Shown piece after piece: positions 40,960-54,833 of a stretch of 64,000 nucleotides of DNA. The notes below the pieces were generated by a model. The model saw only the letters and a program-made list of their open reading frames with translations, was not told where the DNA came from and did not search any database. The stretch comes from Eledone cirrhosa. Taxonomy: Eukaryota. The DNA lies in assembly GCA_964016885.1 (NCBI GenBank), contig OZ024742.1:185628001-185692000 (forward strand). Reading direction: 5' to 3'. A program made the position numbers and the translations under genes. Position 1 is the first letter of the stretch. Each line of letters starts with the position of its first letter.

Positions 40960-42630
40960 ACTATACTACACCATTATATAGATCTACTACTACACTACTA
41001 ATCTACACTACTATATTACTTCACAACTACATTACTATATAGTACTACTACACTACTACATCGTTATATAGATCTACTACTACACTACTAATCTACACTA
41101 CTATATAGAACTACAGTACAACTACATTACTATATAGAACTACAGTACAAATAGAGTACTACATTACTATATAGAACTACAGTACTACATTACTATATAG
41201 AACTACAGTACAACTACAGTACTATATAGAACTACAGTATAACAACATTGCTATATAGAACTACAGTACAACTACACACCTACATAACGACAGGACAACT
41301 ATAGTACTATATACAACTACAGTACTACATTACTATATAGAACTACAGTACAACTACACTACTATATAGAACTACAGTACTACTACATTACTCTATAGAA
41401 CTACAGTACAACTACAGTACGCTATAGAACTACAGTATAACTACAGTACTATATAGAACTACAGTACTATATAGAACTACAGTACTATATAGAACTACAG
41501 TACTACTACATTACTCTATAGAACTACATTACTACTACATTACTCTATAGAACTACATTACTCTATAGAACTACAGTACTACTACATTATTCTATAGAAC
41601 TACATTACTCTATAGAACTACAGTACTACTACATTACTCTATAGAACTACAGTACTACTACATTACTCTATAGAACTACAGTACTACTACATTACTCTAT
41701 AGAACTACACTACTACTACATTACCCTATAGAACTATATTACTCTATAGAACTACAGTATAACTACATTACTCTATAGAACTACAGTACTACTACATTAC
41801 TCTATAGAACTACACTACTACTACATTACTCTATAGAACTACAGTACTACTACATTACTCTATAGAACTACAGTACTACTACATTACTCTATAGAACTAC
41901 ACTACTACTACATTACTCTATAGAACTACATTACTCTATAGAACTACAGTACTACTACATTATTCTATAGAACTACATTACTCTATAGAACTACAGTACT
42001 ACTACATTACTCTATAGAACTACAGTACTACTACATTACTCTATAGAACTACACTACTACTACATTACCCTATAGAACTATATTACTCTATAGAACTACA
42101 GTATAACTACATTACTCTATAGAACTACAGTACTACTACATTACTCTATAGAACTACAGTACTACTACATTACTCTATAGAACTACAGTACTACTACATT
42201 ATTCAATAGAACTACATTACTCTATAGAACTACAGTATAACTACATTACTCTATAGAACTACAGTACTACTACATTACTCTATAGAACTACAGTACTACT
42301 ACATTACTCTATAGAACTACAGTATAACTACATTACTCTATAGAACTACATTACTCTATAGAACTACAGTATAACTACATTACTCTATAGAACTACAGTA
42401 CTACTACATTACTCTATAGAACTACACTACTACTACATTACTCTATAGAACTACAGTATAATTACATTACTCTATAGAACTACAGTATAATTACATTACT
42501 CTATAGAACTACAGTATAACTACATTACTCTATAGAACTACAGTACTACTACATTACTCTATAGAACTACAGTATCATTACATTACTCTATAGAACTACA
42601 TTACTCTATAGAACTACAGTATAACTACAT
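40960..42630. repeat. Minisatellite, main unit about 29 bp (tagaactacagtactactacattactcta) with 18- and 28-bp variants
   Basis: Direct reading. The array becomes more regular from left to right. Confidence 0.95.
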
Positions 42631-42716
42631 AACTTATTCTCCGTTTAACCGCCTACGTATACAATTGTATTTCATCAGTTCACCACCTGACAAAATTCTT
42701 TAAAATTGTGCGTGTA

Positions 42717-42820
<104 letters not shown>

Positions 42821-43326
42821 TTGCTGCTGCTGCTGATGATGATATTACTACTACTATTACTACTACTACTACACTAACCATTGTTATGTTATTTTCCACC
42901 TAGGTACTGTTCCCCTCCGCTAAGATTACCAACATCCTTTCCCTTCCCCCATCCCTACCACCAGTGTCATTGTCATCGTCATCAACATGTTTCGCTTGTT
43001 GCGCACGCATGTCTGTTCTATAACGCACGCATTCACATACCATCAATAGAAGAATTATTGTAAAAGACAAGTCATCAATGTTTACCAAACATATTGATGA
43101 CTAGCATTTTGTAACACTTCTTCTATCAATATTATATGAGCGCGTGTGTCATAGAAGAAACGTGTTGCTTACAGAACAAACATGCGCAGCATTTCAGTGA
43201 TCTGTGATAAGAAAGGTATTCGACAGCTAATGACTGCTTCTCACTATACATAAACAAAAACTTTGAACTTCGTTATTTACCTGCCTTTCTCTCTCTTTTG
43301 TTTATCCTTTTTTTAACTTTATTTTC

Positions 43327-43409
<83 letters not shown>

Positions 43410-43439
43410 TCCATATTCCCAATCTTTGCTCCCAAATAC

Positions 43440-43630
43440 AGGAAGCCCTCAACTCAGTGCTCCTTTGGGAGACCATACATGGACACACTAGAAGAGGAAG
43501 ACCAAGGTTAACGTATGTTGATGCCCTAAGGACAGACACTGGTCTGTTGGAGACGCAGGACATGGCAACGATAATGAGGGACAGAGACCGCTGGAGAGAA
43601 CTCGTCCATGGATCTCGGTAATTTTACCCG
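43440..43630 (+). mobile_element. RTE-like LINE 3' end
   Basis: VLLWETIHGHTRRGRPRLTYVDALRTDTGL..MRDRDRWRELV. Confidence 0.7.
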
Positions 43631-43659
43631 CCTTAGATATATATATATATATATATATA

Positions 43660-44205
43660 TAAATTTAGTCCTTCATCAGTGATCTTCCAGCCTTCATTGG
43701 TATTTCATCGCTTTAAAGACCATATACCTCTGGTTGGTGCGAGCAACGGCTTAAGAAAGTCGTTGGGACTCGTAAATAGGGGGAACAAGCGAGACAGTAA
43801 ACAAACAAAGATGGTAATGCAACGAAAAGTGAGGAAGAAGGAGTCAAGTCCTTGAAATCGATGAACATAAGTTCTGTGAAATCGTAGACGAGAGAGAATA
43901 AAGACCATCAAACCTGGTCGAAATGTGAGTAAGGAAATAATTTCGCACAGGTCGACTCCTACTTCCTCCCGTTTCACCTGTGCGAAATTCTTTCCTTACT
44001 CACATTTCGACCAGGAAATTCACTGGATAGTGAATTTCCAACCGATAAGGTATGATTTTCATGGGTATATCTCTATTTATAAAACAACAAACTTTGTATT
44101 TTATCTGATGAAAGCGTACCAGTGTTGTCTTGGTTGCCCTTGAAATATATATAATAAAATAAATATGGTTTTATAAATATAGTTTCCATTTATTTAATAT
44201 CATTG
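43660..44205. mobile_element. Chimeric insertion: repeat shared with 51745-52055 fused through hairpins to a family-A terminus
   Basis: 43660-43952 is the reverse complement of about 51762-52054. Hairpins at 43913-44015 and 44014-44039 lead into the family-A end. Confidence 0.7.
44097..44161 (+). ncRNA. Minimal type I hammerhead (family A)
   Basis: tattttat CTGATGA aagcgtacca..tggttgccctt GAA atatatat A ataaaata. Confidence 0.8.
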
Positions 44206-44347
44206 ACTATTTACTCCAGTAACTTGTTGAGTGCTCTAAATCAGTTATAAACGATTATGTTTGTCGGACTTCCAACAAATTAAATACAACTTCTACTTAC
44301 ATATATATATATATATATATACATATGTATATATATATGTATCTATG

Positions 44348-44406
<59 letters not shown>

Positions 44407-44448
44407 CATTCAAAATATTAACAAAATAGATATTCTTGTGATCAATTA

Positions 44449-44515
44449 TATTTTATTATACATATTTCAGAGGTACTGAATTAAGTTCAACAGTACGTCC
44501 TCATCAGATAAAATA
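44449..44515 (-). ncRNA. Minimal type I hammerhead (divergent family-A relative)
   Basis: tattttat CTGATGA ggacgtactg..cagtacctct GAA atatgtat A ataaaata. Stem II changes relative to family A preserve pairing (gtactg/cagtac versus gtacca/tggtac). Confidence 0.78.
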
Positions 44516-46047
44516 AAATGATACATGACATACCCTGACATGGTAGATGGTTAAGATTTAATCAAGGTAGTGATTAACTTATGACAAAACTCAATATTTA
44601 TATCCTAATATTGAGAAAATGAGAAAACGTAATACAAACAATAGAGAGAGTGTGAGTAATATATTTTAAGAAATACATGGCATCAGTATAACAGTTATAT
44701 AATTTTTAATTTTTAAAAACTACTAGAGAAAGAGGAGGGAAAGGAAAGCATAGAGGAAGAAACAGCTGATGTGATAACTTATTTAGTATTTAGCTTGAGA
44801 AGACAGATGAAAGATGATTAAAGAGAGAGAGAGACAAAGGGGAGTAATTTATGTTCAAGTTTCTACACACACAGATTCTTATATAATATAGTTGGCGGTT
44901 AATTTTCAAACTATTTAATTTATGTTATTTCAGGGTAAAGAATCAGATTTTAGGTTTTAAAAGTTAATAGGTATTTGTATTAATATTATAATATAATTAT
45001 GTTAAATTTCTAAAATTTAAATTATATGAAAACAAATTTAAAGGATTTACGAAACCCGAGAAAGAAAGAAAATATATATATATAATGTTTCCTATCCCCA
45101 CGAAGGTAATCTTTACCAAAATTACTTATAATATTGACAACAGTTTCTATAATATAATTTATAAGATATTTATAGTTATAACTATTAAAGAATTTATTGT
45201 TAAATAGTTTGAGTGCCTAAAGTATCAACCGGCCTTATAATTAAACTTAAAGATGTCAGAATTTTCAACTATATATATGTATTGATCATAATATACCAAG
45301 ATTATAGTTTATTATTTGTTCATATATTGTATTAAGTAAATGATTATATAAGTTCGACCTTCCATTTATAATAATACATAATGTCATTTGAGTATTTAAA
45401 TTATTTATAAATGTAACTACGATTATGTTATTACACTAGATAAAGATATTTGTACAAACTATATGTAGATATAATTATAGATATTAATGAAACGGTATAC
45501 ATTTAATAAAGAGTAATAATTATAATCATTGTTAGTAATGCTATAATTGTAGTTTTACCTCCAGTTCAGTGGAGAGATATACCAATATTTGTCAGCTATT
45601 ATGGTTTGTTAAATATATTAAAAAAAACAAAGGGCAGATCCAACTTTCTGAGTCCCCAAAAACCATCTCAAAATGAGTAAAATATATATATATATATAAA
45701 ATATGCAAACGCATGAATGATCCACAGTTCAAATTATAATCAGTAAATTTACAAGTTAGATATCTAAACTATATATTTAAAACAAAAACAAAAAAATGAA
45801 GGTCTGAATCAAAGTTTAAAATATCCAAAAAATCATAGGGTATACATATCTACCAAGTAAATAAGTTATCAAACAAGTGTCATTCATTCGAATATTAAAT
45901 CCATTATAAATGATTAGAAGATAAAGCATTATATGGGTAATTGCAGGCCTTGTTCCTAAAGTAGAAACAATTATTAAAGTTTTATAAACCGTTATGACTT
46001 ATATGTTCAACAGTTGATTATAGACGTCGAAAATCAGGCTTGATTGC

Positions 46048-46260
46048 TTACTGTTTTTTCCTGACTTTTTGCGAGGCTTGGAATGTAGACAAAGCTTTAT
46101 GAAGGCATTTTGAGAATAATTCACTTTTTTTGTTAATTAAGTTTTCATAATTATTAATTATTAATAGGGTCTCCTTTGTACAGAGGCTGCAGTTAATTGA
46201 TATTGAAGAGTTGATATAGACTCCACTATTACAAATAGTAATTGTAAAATTCATTCTTTG
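46048..46260 (-). pseudogene. PLE GIY-YIG C-terminal remnant
   Basis: NCSLCTKETLLII..NLINKKSELFSKCLHK. It lies upstream, on the minus strand, of the HHR at 44449-44515. Confidence 0.75.
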
Positions 46261-46288
46261 ATGTATTAATTGAAACTTGTTTAACTCT

Positions 46289-46353
<65 letters not shown>

Positions 46354-46361
<8 letters not shown>

Positions 46362-47206
46362 GTTTACATATACATAAAGTTATATATGTTACAACCGGTC
46401 ACTTTGTGGCTCTATGAAGAATTAATAAATTAAATTATCAGAGCAATATATCATAAATCATGTCCTTAGAATTATTAGATAAAATATATACTATTTCCTC
46501 TTCTAATTAGCATAATTAACCATATAAAAAATCAATTAGACCAAGCTATAAGAAGAAAGGCTCTTATGAAGAAATATCCGACAAATAACTGAAAGTGGCC
46601 TCTTCGCGGTGGCCTCAATAGAGTATTTATCCAACATTTCGACAGAATGTAGAAACTGACCAAATATACAATCAACCATACACAATTAGGTGTAAATTTA
46701 AACTTAGAAGAAATGTGCACATACCGTAACTATATCTCTACCATGGTTTCATCCGTATTTTTAGATATCCAATTAATAGGAAATCCACAGAGTTTGGATT
46801 CATCAGGAGACAAACTCAAAAATAGACACTTAGTATTCCAAAGTGAATGCGCCAAAATTAGATTCGAAAATGGCTTAGAACCGCAATATGGCCGTGGTCA
46901 AGTTGGAAAGAATGTGATTGGTTGCTTACGGCAGGTAGGCTTGTTGCTAGAAAGCGCAGCCAAATATCGCCAAATTGTATCTCAACCTAACGGGAGATTA
47001 TTAAATATAAAGGTTTTCATATACATAAAGTTATATATGTTACAACCGGTCACTTTGTGGCTCTATGAAGAATTAATAAATTAAATAATCAGAGCAATAT
47101 ATCATAAATCATGTCTATAGAATTATTAGATAAATAAAATATATACCATTTCCTCTGCCAATCAGCATAATTAACTATATAAAAAATCAATTAGACCAAG
47201 CTATAA
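46354..47206. repeat. Direct repeat pair of about 200 bp
   Basis: 46354-46550 is repeated at 47005-47206. Confidence 0.85.
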
Positions 47207-47315
47207 GGATATAGACATGTCTATAGACATGATTTCTGATTTAATGTGGTATCCCTGAAATATGTATAATGAAATAAATATGGTTTTATAAATATAGTTT
47301 TCATTTATTAATATC

Positions 47316-47361
<46 letters not shown>

Positions 47362-47525
47362 ATATATGTGTGGATATATATATGGATATATGTATGTGCA
47401 TATAAATGTGTGTGTGTTTTCCTTCCGAAAAACATGGTCCGTCCGCCTGGTGCTCGGCTAGGTATACCTGCCCCCACCACTCTACTGCAGATATACCACA
47501 CACCCTCCCGTGTCACATTGTCCTT

Positions 47526-47583
<58 letters not shown>

Positions 47584-47638
47584 TTCTCTGAATAACTAAC
47601 AGTTTAATTGTATCTCTCTCTGTCTAACGGCCTATCTC

Positions 47639-47838
47639 NNNNNNNNNNNNNNNNNNNNNNNNNNNNNNNNNNNNNNNNNNNNNNNNNNNNNNNNNNNNNN
47701 NNNNNNNNNNNNNNNNNNNNNNNNNNNNNNNNNNNNNNNNNNNNNNNNNNNNNNNNNNNNNNNNNNNNNNNNNNNNNNNNNNNNNNNNNNNNNNNNNNNN
47801 NNNNNNNNNNNNNNNNNNNNNNNNNNNNNNNNNNNNNN
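47639..47838. other. Assembly gap (200 N)
   Basis: Run of N between (TC)n tracts. Confidence 0.99.
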
Positions 47839-47847
47839 TCTCTCTCA

Positions 47848-47918
<71 letters not shown>

Positions 47919-47994
47919 TGTGTACGTTTATTGGTTGGTGACGCGCGTTTCGCTACTGATTAACTCAAGGTCACACTCCAGCGTTACACTCCCT

Positions 47995-48085
<91 letters not shown>

Positions 48086-48132
48086 AATGAATAATAACAG
48101 GTAGACATCATAAAAAGGTAATTTATTCCGAG

Positions 48133-48245
48133 TGCTTACAAATGTTTCAACAGTAATTATACAGCCTAGTCATGCTATGTGCAAATTGGTAATTATTTGC
48201 AGAAACTCAATTTTCAAATGCTGCTTCTACCGTTTCCTCAGAGCA
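48133..48245 (-). ncRNA. Type I hammerhead with extended stem II
   Basis: tgct CTGAGGA aacggtag...ttactgtt GAA aca-tt-tgt A agca. Confidence 0.75.
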
Positions 48246-48781
48246 GAATGGTTAAAATGTAAATACGCTTGTATTTCTTAAAGGAAGTTATTGGGGAAGA
48301 TAGAGTAGAAAAGGAAGAGAGAAAGAAGGGGAGATGGAGAGAGAGAGAGAGAGATGTAGGGGGTGGAGAAATGGGAGAGAGAGTGGGAGAGAGATAGCTT
48401 AATCAAAATGTTGTGGTAGGGGTTTTATTATATTGCTTACTCTCAAAGTGACAACCTTAGGTATTGCGTTGATATAGTCAAGTTTGGAATTGTTTATTTC
48501 CACAGAGAGCAGGTTCATAGATGTGGAGAGGGAGGTAGACCGAGGGCGAGAGAGAGAGGAAGGAGAGAGAGAAAGAAAGAGAGATAGAGAGGAGACAGAC
48601 GAAAGTTACATCGGGTTCATAATTGTAGTCTACAAATCGCACTCAAGTATCTATTTATAATGATAAGCAGGGTATTGTCTTGTAGCGTGGGGGTGGGGTA
48701 TATAGTTACGAAGTAGTTATTGAGAGAAATTAGTTAGCGAGAAAGCGATGTTGTAGTCTCGGGTTCGAATGTTAAGTTATT

Positions 48782-49657
48782 TTAGCAGTTATCAAACTTG
48801 ATAATAGTTTTCCTAGCCTCTAGAATAATATTAATTTCGTCCTCCGTTAGGTCTGAATTGACCTTGGCAAACGATAGGGCCTTACGTAAAGTACTGGGTG
48901 AGATTGAGTAGTATTCGTCTATGTCGAATTGTATAAACTTAGACTTAACGTTATTAAACCAGCAAATTACTTCGCTAGTGCTGCTCCATAATTTAATTTC
49001 TATTTTCTTTTTCAATTGAGTTATTACCCTGTCAAGTATATGTTTGATAATTTTTCCTATGACTGATTTAGAAGGGCATATAAGTCTAATCTTAGGGTTA
49101 GAGTTAAAATTTACCTTATGGTCCTTCAGGTTAAAGGTGGTGGTTTCGAGTATAATCGGCTCGGTTCTATCGTCTATCTTGAGATTCTTCACTACTTTGT
49201 ATGCTTCGTTGTTAATGTTCGTTAGTGCAGTTCCACTAGTTTTTCTATATTTCTTATGTAGTTCTTTGCGTATGAAGCTGTTGTATGTATCGATATCCAT
49301 GGTATAGACGTTAGAGGTCTCATCAGCTTTCACAACAATCCCATTGGTATTTTGCAGTCTTCGGAGTAGTGCTTTCATGTTGTCCTACAGCTCATTAATG
49401 TTTGGTAGACTTGATATTCATGGTCATATTCATCAAGTCTTTTTCGAAAACATCGAGATAGGTGTTTGTGGGTGGGTTTTTACATGATTGAAAGCCATAT
49501 GATTCATTGATTGATTCAGACGAGTAACTAGCGTGTCCATTATCGAAATGGAAAGCTTTCCATCGTACACGCCGAATAAAGTCATTATTGCGTTGTATTC
49601 CCTTTTGTTAGGTATAGGTATGTTTTTAAGTGACATACCTATATGTTGTCTTTCCAT
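48782..49657 (-). pseudogene. PLE ORF N-terminus and start of RT
   Basis: MSLKNIPIP..RVRWKAFHF..YGF..VFEKDL..IVVKADETSNVY..LKDHKVNFNSNPKIRLICPSKS..FIQFDIDEYY. Confidence 0.88.
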
Positions 49658-49869
49658 ATTACTGCCGTATGTCGGTGTGGTTGCTCAACTGTGCAGGAGG
49701 CGATTATTAGATTATGCAAGAAATGGGATAAAATAGAATACATTGATAAGAATCTCCATAACGCACATAGCCACACACGAAATCAAAGAATATGTAACCG
49801 GGGTACAGAAATACAAGCGCACACACGCAGTACCACCAGACATACTAATAATAGAAAATCGTCACCAAA

Positions 49870-50653
49870 CTCAAATAAATTACGTTGTAGAAAGTATATC
49901 TGGTATAATCCCATTTTTAATGCTTCGATTAGTACAAAACTATCTCTTTCATTCTTTAAGTTAATTATCAAGTATTTCCCTAGTTCCCATAAATACAGTA
50001 AGATTCTAAACTCCACTGCACCAAACCTTGAAGCATACATAAAAAAAACTTAACTTAAAGCAATTATTAAACAACACTACAAAACAAAATATTTTGGTAA
50101 CAGATGAGCATAACGTAGTATCGCCCCCCCCCCACCCCAACCACCAAATGGGAGACGGGTATTACACAACCCACCTGAACTGTTATCCCAACCTATCCAT
50201 GGTATACCTGCTACCCACAACAAAAACTGCAACTGCCACTTACCCGAAAGATGCCCATTGAAGAATAAATGCCTAGAGTCCAACATTGTTTATCAAAGCA
50301 CTGTCGAATCAAACGACCAGAAATAGTATTACATCGGGTCTTCCACTACTTCCTTTAAATCTCGCTGGTATCGTCATTGATTTTCGATTAAACATCCTAA
50401 ACACCGTCTTGTGACTACGCTCGCCAATGAGACCTGGCAACTCCGAGAATGCAACCGGCAGTTCACCTTGAAATGGGATAAACTATCCAGCGCTAGTGTA
50501 TATCGGAGTGGATTGAAGTACTGCAGATTATGCAACCTTGAACTCTTTTATATCTTAAAATCCCCATACAAATTAATAAATGACAGAATCGAACGATCGT
50601 TACACTGCAACCACAAACTGAAGGCTAAATTCTCTCACTATAAAATAACTTAA
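49870..50653 (+). pseudogene. PLE linker and GIY-YIG endonuclease
   Basis: IWYNPIFN..KYFPSSHKYSKILN..NCNCHLPERCPLKNKCLESNIVYQSTV..YYIGS..FKSRW..CRLCNLE..LINDRIE..CNH. Confidence 0.88.
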
Positions 50654-51089
50654 CATTCGAACCCGAGACTACAACATCGCTTTCTCGCTAACTATATTCT
50701 CTCAGTAACTACTTCCTAACTATATCCCCCACCCCCACACTACAAGACAATACCCTGCTTATCATTATAAATAGATACTTGAGTGCGATTTGTAGACTAC
50801 AACTATGAACCCAATGTATCCCCATCTCGTAGCTTTCGGCTATCTCCTCTCTATCACTCTCTCTCTCTCTCTCTCCCTTCCTCTCTCTCTCGCCCTCGGT
50901 CTACCTCCCTCTCCACATCTATGAACCTGCTCTATGTGGCAATAAACAACTCCAAACTTGACTATATCAACGCAATACCTAAGGTTGTCACTTTGAGAGT
51001 AAGCAGTATAATAAAACCCCTACCACAACATTTTGATTAAGCTATCTGTATTCTTCAAACCACTCTCTCCCATTTCTCCAACCCCTACA

Positions 51090-51123
<34 letters not shown>

Positions 51124-51190
51124 TTTTCTACTCTATCTTCCCCAATAACTTCCTTTAAGAAATACAAGGGTATTTACATTTTAACCATTC

Positions 51191-51296
51191 TGCTCTGAGG
51201 AAACGGTAGATGCAGCATTTGAGTTTCTGCAAATAATTACCAATTTGCACATAGCATGACTAGGCTGTATAACTACTGTTGAAACATTTGTAAGCA
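51191..51296 (+). ncRNA. Type I hammerhead with extended stem II (core intact)
   Basis: tgct CTGAGGA aacggtag (about 63 nt) ctactgtt GAA aca-tt-tgt A agca. The GUA site ends at 51292. Confidence 0.8.
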
Positions 51297-51502
51297 CTCG
51301 GAATAAATTACCTTTTTATGATGTCTACCTGTTATTATTCATTCTTTATCTACACTCCGGAATACAGAATGATCAGAAAGTGAGTTTCTTCAACTATTCT
51401 TCCATAACTCGTTGAGTAACCCCTCACCGTACGTCAACTCTATCTAGTGTAGTAATTAACCATTACTGCATTCAGGATAATCCTAAGCATTTCTTTCATA
51501 AC

Positions 51503-51560
<58 letters not shown>

Positions 51561-52081
51561 GCACGCCATGTTTTCATATTTTTCATATATTTATATATTT
51601 TCCTCCGCTGTGACCCGTCTGTTTCTTTCTTACTGCTTCCCCTTTCTCTGTATCTCTCACTTTCTTTTTACCCCCTCTGCCGATCACTCTCTGTGTTAGC
51701 CTCTTCCTCACACTTTCACTCACTCACTCTCTGCTACTCCCTCTCCTACTTCCTCCCGTTTGACCTGTGCGAAATTCTTTCCTTACTCACATTTGGACCA
51801 CGTTGGATGGTCTTTATTCTCTCTCGTCTACGATTTCACAGAACTTATGTTCATCGATTTCAGGGACTTGACTCCTTGTTCCTCACTTTTCGTTGCATTA
51901 CCATCTTTGTTTGTTTACTGTCTCGCTCATTCCCCCAAGTTACGTGTCCCAACGACTTTCTTTAGCCGTTGCTCGCACCAACCAGAGGTATATGGTCTTT
52001 AAAGCGATGAAATACCAATGAAGGCTGGAAGATCACTGATGAAGGACTAAATTTATTCATATATATATATATATATATATC

Positions 52082-52122
<41 letters not shown>

Positions 52123-52732
52123 TCCTTTTCTCTAGAAGAAATTGGATGCGCTCTGACCTGGAGAGGAATAGGCTCAATTAGGTTTTAAATGCTCAAGACA
52201 TGCCGTGCATCAGGACGGTGCCCCTACGACTTCATCGTGAGTTAAGGAACCTCTCCTCTCTCGCCTCAATATCCTAACACCCTGCTTTCTATATATATCT
52301 TCCCATTAATCATGTGCATCGATTTATTATATACACGCTTAGTCTTACATTGACATATTAATGCCTTCTGTTTCAACAATATCTTTTCATTCCTATTGTG
52401 CATGTGTTGCTATTTATGCAAAATTAACGGTATGTCTAATAATTATGTCGGTATTTCTTACTGATAATAAATTCACGTGCGTTGTTTTTTTTGTTTTTGT
52501 TTTTTGTTTTTTTTTCGTGGAAATCTAAAGAATGTTTATGGTCGTCGTTGTAATTTTTGTTTTACTCCTTCCAAAATATTATTCTTGTTGAATACGATAG
52601 ATATTTGATTATTGGCCAACTTGCTCTCTCTTAAATCTTTCCATTGGGAGATATGTATGCACTGAGATCTTCTAAGTTCTTTAATCTAGTATGTTGTTGA
52701 TTTGTGGCCCATCTAATTTAATATTATATTAT

Positions 52733-53146
52733 TAATTTTCTGATTTAGGCACAAGACCAACAATTTTGGTGGAGGGTAAGTCGATGAAATTGACCCCAGT
52801 GCGTTACTGTTATTTTATTTTATCGATCTTGTAAAGATGAAAGGCAAAGCTAACCGCGGCGGGATTTGGATTCAGAACGTAAAGGGCCGTAACTATATGT
52901 CGCGAAGCATGTTGTCCGACGCTCCACTGATACTACCAATCCCTCGCCCTAATTATATTATATTATTGGCAGTATCGGTAAAGCGTCAGACATCATGCTT
53001 TGCAGCGTAGAGTTATGGCCCTTTACGTTCTGAGTCCAAATCCCGCCGAGGTTAACTTTGCCTTTCATCCTTACGAGGTCGATAATATAAAGTACCGGCA
53101 CTGGGGTAATTGCTGGCCTTGTGCCAAAAGTAGAAACAATTATTAA
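52733..53146. mobile_element. Head-to-head inverted pair of Meta-type SINEs
   Basis: Minus-strand copy at about 52733-52950 and plus-strand copy at about 52963-53146. Confidence 0.8.
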
Positions 53147-53353
53147 TTATACAACTCAAAACGTGTGCAAAGGCGCTGACATGACTGGGTGGTTAAGGAA
53201 TTTGCGGCACTCTGAGCAATTGTCTTCTCCTATAGCTTCGATTTGACGAATGCCTTGTAAGTGGATTATGGTAGATGGCAACTGCAAAAGCTCGTCATAT
53301 ATGTATATATATATGAGTGTGTGTGTGTGTGTGTCTGTGTGTGTGTGTGTGTG

Positions 53354-53401
<48 letters not shown>

Positions 53402-54085
53402 ATGGCGTGTGTGCAAGTTTGTGTGTATTTATGTTCTATGACTTAGCGGTTCGACAAAAAGATCTATAAATAAGTACCGGCCTTGAAAAAGATGAGTACT
53501 GGCGTTTATATGATCGACCTAAAATCAGGGCAGTGCTCCAGCATGGCCCCTGTCGAATGACTGAAACTACTCCCCCACCCCCCAAATGAAAAATAGCCTA
53601 CATTTTTTTCTTTGTCCATTCATAGCTCCGGGAATCTACAAATTTTGTTCGGTTTCCTAGTCATGTTATTTTTAGACGGACTGTTAACAAATCATTTACA
53701 TGGCATGTTTTTTTTAAAGTCAGCTTTTCAAGATTCTATTTTAGGTATTATAATGGAATGTAGCCATATGCCTTAGAGATTCGTATATAAAATGAGCATA
53801 GACCGCAGAAAGCGGAGTCAACATTTCTAATATCTCTCAACGTAACAGACACACTTATCTCTCATTGTAACAAAAGTACTTATGACCCACTTAGCTGTAA
53901 ATAGAAAATAAATCTTACTCTTGCATATATTGAGAGAAGTGTAAAATGTACAATGACCAATGCTTTTCGAATTAAAATATATATTATTATAATTTATTTG
54001 AAACATTGTGAAATATGTGGTCAGGCTTGTTTTGGGAAAGCGGGAACAAACAAAATAAAACAACCATTTACACTTTTACCTAATA

Positions 54086-54669
54086 CTAGCAGTGGTACCA
54101 GGCGTTGCACGGGATTAGGTATTTTAGAACGCGAGCCGCCAACAGACGTAATCGTGGAAAAACGGCATGCCTAGACAATATGTAAAGAAAATAAACCGAA
54201 TACTCTGATTGCTGGATAATCTTTAAGATTTTCCTCGATGAAGCAGGAAAAATGCAGGTTTTCACCTAATGCGGACCCTAGGGGATCAAGAAAATGAATT
54301 TTTTTATGTGAATTTTTTTTATATGCCTTGAAATTTCGGGAAAATCGGCTAGACGTAACGCCTCAAAAGATCCCTAAAAAGCTGAAAAAACGCAGTTTTT
54401 CACCTAATGCGAGCCCTAGCCCATAAAAAAGTTGGATTTTCTTTGCTCACGGTTTAAAGAAGATACTGACTAATACATAGTTACAATTTCAAGGAAATCG
54501 GTCCGATGTAACGCCTCAAAAGAACCCTAAAAAGCTGAAAAAACGCAATTTTTCACATAATGCGGAACCTAGGCGATCAAAATGTTGAATTTGTTATGTG
54601 CCTAACACTCCTTGAAACATAAGTAATACACATATAAAATTTGAAAAAAATCGGTTGGGTACTTCTCGG

Positions 54670-54747
<78 letters not shown>

Positions 54748-54763
54748 CGCACGCACACACGCA

Positions 54764-54833
<70 letters not shown>

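Larger units (their letters stand above)
48081..51506. mobile_element. Penelope-like element with inverted pLTRs of about 700 bp
   Basis: Arms 48081-48782 and 50641-51348, with an HHR in each. PLE coding remnants lie between them, and (TA)n flanks both sides. Confidence 0.9.

Noticed and set aside
46390-46420. HHR-like remnant (gccac-aaa-gtg, accggt) in the 200-bp direct repeats
   Set aside because: Neither CTGANGA nor GAAA is present, so it is too degenerate to call.
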